Assembly: GCF_040938485.1 (NCBI RefSeq)
Contig: NW_027271254.1
Span: 124,001-188,000 of the forward strand
From: Diadema antillarum
Lineage: Eukaryota
Direction of reading: 5' to 3'
DNA length: 64,000 nucleotides
Positions 60,207 to 64,000 of the stretch are shown here, piece after piece (position 1 is the first letter of the stretch; every line of letters starts with the position of its first letter). The notes below the pieces were generated by a model that was not told the origin of the DNA, did not search any database, and worked only from the letters and a program-made list of their open reading frames with translations. A program made the translations under genes and the position numbers.

Positions 60207-61123
60207 GTCGTGATGGCAAGCAGTTGGCAAGAAGACATTTCGAACATGAGATAATGTACTTCAAATGTGATGCAGTTTACACACAAAGTCTGACAAATTC
60301 TGTTACTTCAGTGCAGCAAACTGAAATCGTGAAACAAATGGATAGAAAAAGGTGAAAAAAGTCCAAAATCCCTCACGGAGCGATAGCGGCGTCAGCTCAT
60401 GACAGCGCCCTCAACAACAAGGGGGAAAATGGTTATTAAAGCCAGAGTCACAATGTCTGTCTGAGAATATTCGATGCTTTTTACGATCACCTATGATATG
60501 TGTTATATTAAGCATCGGTTTAGAATAAGTGAATTAATCTGACCGAATCGAATATGTTTCCTGAAAATGTACTTTGAACACAGCAGGTGTCTTACGTGGG
60601 TACAGATCGCTATTCCGAAAGTTCGTTAATCTGAAAATGAAACAAGGTGTAGGAGTATTCTGAGGGTTATTACATCTGAAGATGAAATAAGGTCTGCTGT
60701 TCCGAAGTTCCGTTAACCCGAAAATGAAATATAGTTCGTAATTCCGAAGGTTCGTTAGAATACACTATCTCTTCCTTTTCGGATTAACGAGCAGTATTCC
60801 ATTTTCGGAAGAACGAACCTGCAGAATAACGAACCTTCCTTCATTTTCGGATTAAGGAACCTTCGAAATAACGCCACAAAATGTTCGGATTAACGAACCC
60901 TTTTTCAATTTCGGATCAACGAATGTCTGGGTATTTTGTGTGGGAATTTTTGGACATTATATAACGTCAGTAAAACCTTTGGAACTTGGAACGTTTCAAA
61001 AACGTTCAGAAAACGTCCAAATGCTTGCTGGGTAGTCAATGAACACTGGTCAATAATGAAAGTCATGTAACGGGTGATGTTTATCATCCCCAAATTTCGT
61101 TGATCGCCGAATGCAATAAAGTA

Positions 61124-61820
61124 CAGTCAAACCTGTCTATAGCGGCCACCCAAGGGAGACTGAAAAAATGGCCGTAATAGACTGGTGGCCGCTATAGACA
61201 GGTTATCCAACTTTGTGTGCATTGCCTACATGTACTTTATCATCGTTGTATACATCTATAAGTACTTACCTGTACACGGATGTGTGTACGTAAGCACACG
61301 TGTGTTTTTAATGCGTTGAACAGTGCCGGTGTCTATGAAATTGTTGCACGTACAGTATAGCATGTGTACAGTCGTGAAGAAAGATTAACACTATTGTCAG
61401 TAGTGCATTATTATGACTGAATGAGTGATGACTGCCCAGGAATGACTGGCAAGGCTACAAAGCAGAAAAACACGCTGACTTATTAGTTTGCAGGCACAAA
61501 CCCTTGTTGGTCGTAGAGGAGTCTACGCCAAGACTACTATATGCACCACCTCAGCACTGTCCCATAGGCCCTGTGTTGTAGCTTCTCCCAACAGTGCAGT
61601 TTTGCGCGTATTAGTCTTGGCACATGCAGACTCCTAATACGACCAACAAGGGTTTGTGCCTGCAAACTACTGACTTATCGGCTCGGCTACGGCTCCATCG
61701 GGTCTGTGGCCGCTATAGACAGGTTAAAATCTAAAACCACGGGAAACAAAATCTGTGGCCGCTGGCCGCGTTAGACAGGTGGCCGCTATAAACAGGTGGC
61801 CGCTATGGCGGGTTTGACTG
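61124..61820. mobile_element. Tc1/mariner(pogo)-like non-autonomous element, TA TSD, with internal inverted repeat
   Basis: TA-CAGTCAAACC ... GGTTTGACTG-TA; several GGTGGCCGCTATAGACAGG subterminal repeats; ~45-bp inverted repeat at ~61484-61525 and ~61627-61671. Confidence 0.85.
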
Positions 61821-62441
61821 TACATTATTCAGAACGTTCGTTATTCCCAAACACGCAAATTCCCTAGAAAAATTCTTCTGCGTGCTGGAAAATCCCTAAT
61901 CGCAACAAGCCCGCGTAGCTTGCCCGGAAAGGTAATGTGACACAAGAATGTGCTGGGTTATTTCCCTCGTAGTTGTTTACTACCAGCGCCACTTTGACTC
62001 TTGCTACACGCACCGAACATGTCGAAGTTCAGTTTCTTTGGGTTACCCAAGAGAATAACTAGATCTCTTTAAGAATTCCTTTAGAGTTCAGAGGTCAAAG
62101 TATTGTGCATACTGCATCTAATGTATGCTCTGAAACGTGCTTTTGAGTGTGGGAGAAACCTTGCATGCAATACACTCAACCTTCTATGGCCTTCCCCTGC
62201 ATGGTTCAACAGTTTGTGATGGGCCCACGTGTTCAAAACCAGTGATTGTATCGGCTACTGGTCCATACTAATACAGGAAATCATATTCTTTCGGTACTGC
62301 TTCTTTGTAATCAATTATTGATGATCTAGCCAGCCATGCAGGGACACCAATGCTCAACCACATCACCCCTATACATGTGACGTGATCCGAGATTACTTTG
62401 CGTGCTGGTGCCCTGCGTAGAATTAGTGTCCAACTTCGATG

Positions 62442-62445
<4 letters not shown>

Positions 62446-62512
<67 letters not shown>
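62446..62512. repeat. (AT)n microsatellite; other (AT), (GT), (CA) and (TTTTG) tracts at ~5919, 25420, 49230 and 57955
   Basis: Direct reading. Confidence 0.95.
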
Positions 62513-62517
<5 letters not shown>

Positions 62518-63075
62518 GAGTCCCAACATGAAGATTTCTGTACTTTCCAAGATGGAACTTGAAGCAAACACCTCTAGCAAAAGCTGACTTGCAAGTCATA
62601 TTCTTTTGAAGATACTCGATTATAGATCAATCTTTGTCATCCTCTACTTCGAAATTCCTTGAAATAGAATTTTTTTTTCTCTCTAAGACTTTTGGATGTT
62701 TTGAATATTCACCAAGTGAATTCTGATCATCAAATTGGTTTTTGGCAAAACACAGCACATCTCACGCAATCCATGAATAATTCTGTTCATGTGATTTTTG
62801 TTCTTCAGAATTCAAATTGAACAAGATACAGAATTGCTCACCCTGCTCAAACAAGAGAGGGATTGACTGTAGAAGGATGGAAAGCGCCAACTACCGTCGA
62901 CATTCATTCGGCTATCGTCGTCGTTCGCGAAGTACGAAAACATTTTGTCACTTTGTAAAGACTCAGAGGTCCTTAAAGTAAGAGTACTACTGTTTTATCA
63001 CTCAGAAATCACTTGTTTTTCTCCCAAATTCAAAAGAAATCGTGTCCAGCATCTAAATGAGTTGTATTTTGTTAA

Positions 63076-63390
63076 GGGGCACTCACCTTCATCAGCCATA
63101 TCTGATTAGTTTTTGACAAGATCGTATATGGCTTATTTGTTAGATTTCTTTTTCCAGATTTATTTTAGTATCATTGGTACGAAAAAGTCATTGGGGTCAG
63201 ACTTGTGTATTTTATTCGCTTGTGGGAGGCCTCTATGATTTCTTCATCTCCCCCAACATTTTGCAACTTTTCTTCTTTCTTTTTTCATAAAGACAGTGTC
63301 GCTGAGAGCAAACGACAGACTTACGCTTGCCATATAAATCGTTAAGAATGGTTTAACAAAACAAAAACAATAGAAAGGTGTCACACCTCC
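63076..63390. mobile_element. Degenerate Kolobok-like MITE
   Basis: TTAA-GGGGCACTCACC left end; GGTGTCACACCTCC-TTGA right end. Confidence 0.5.
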
Positions 63391-63807
63391 TTGACTTAGA
63401 TAAGATGAAATAAATTTTAAAACAATCATGTTACCTATATATCAATATGATATCTTTGTGTTCTTGTTTTTTTCATTAATGTATACTGAAGCAAATCGGC
63501 AACGTTGAGGTGGAATTTAACTTGAATTTCGAAATATTCTCAGCAAGTTTGAAGACATTGTGCCATTATTGCGTGATCTATTAGAGCGATTGTGCACATC
63601 TAGGCCTATCTCGAAGGTCATCACAACTGTACGGCCATGACAACCAAGATGACTCGTTCTTTAAAATGCTCACCACCCGTCGAAGTCCAACGACTACTTT
63701 GATATGCCCACGACCCGTTGAAGAAGTTAATAATATATCAATGCACTGTCGAACATTCTGGTGGCTATACACATATTCATTTATTCATTCTGTTTATTCT
63801 GTTTATT

Positions 63808-64000
63808 ATTTCATTTCATTTCATTTATTTCCATCATTCCACAAGGATAAAAAACACATGACATACAAATCAGAACAACGTTAACACAAGGTATTGTTAC
63901 ATTCATATGATATACAAATCAGCACAAAGTACACAACTGTAATGATGAAAAATGGAATGCACATGAGAAAGCCTTTAAATTGCTTGTAAGACTGTGCATA
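63808..64000 (-). mobile_element. 3' end of a second CR1-group LINE, continuing beyond the window
   Basis: Minus strand: ATGCACA...ACAAGC...TGTGCAT stem-loop, then CCATTTTTC, AATAAA and (GAAAT)n tail; same layout as 37326-37370. Confidence 0.65.

Noticed and set aside
63085-63333. Minus-strand ATGGCTGATGAAG|GTGAGT and ATGGCAAGC|GTAAGT as first coding exons of another gene
   Set aside because: Both lie inside a TTAA-flanked MITE (the first donor is part of its TIR), and no downstream exons were found.
1-64000. CRISPR arrays, tRNA or rRNA genes, prokaryotic operons
   Set aside because: Tandem repeats lack unique spacers, I saw no cloverleaf or A/B-box pairs or rRNA signatures, and the gene structure is spliceosomal.

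Overview
AT-rich animal genomic DNA from a gapped draft assembly (N-runs of 180, 209 and 134 nt). The repeat content looks echinoderm/sea-urchin-like, which is an inference. Two spliced host genes converge tail-to-tail. (1) + strand: the last six coding exons (4934-27218) of a class II phosphatidylinositol transfer protein, PITPNC1/RdgB-beta; its 5' exons lie before the window. (2) - strand: a complete four-coding-exon, 310-aa tandem-domain rhodanese of the TST/MPST family (52882-35795). The 12.8-kb third intron of the rhodanese holds a near-intact CR1-group LINE ORF2 (APE+RT, one homopolymer frameshift), an intact L1-type ORF1, and an oppositely oriented 3' fragment of an L1/Tx1 element. The rest is intron or intergenic DNA dense in MITEs (TTAA/Kolobok-like, TA/Tc1-mariner-like, 4-bp-TSD Sola-like, Harbinger-like, hAT-like), LINE 3' ends, local tandem duplications and microsatellites. 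I found no tRNA, rRNA or CRISPR features. Most notable: a non-canonical rhodanese active-site loop (CFVGIA) with loss of the conserved substrate-binding Arg, a FFAT-like motif in the tail of a soluble PITPNC1, and an ORF1 whose parent element is ambiguous (twin-priming inversion versus a 9.4-kb full-length element). Nothing here amounts to a clearly new multi-gene system.
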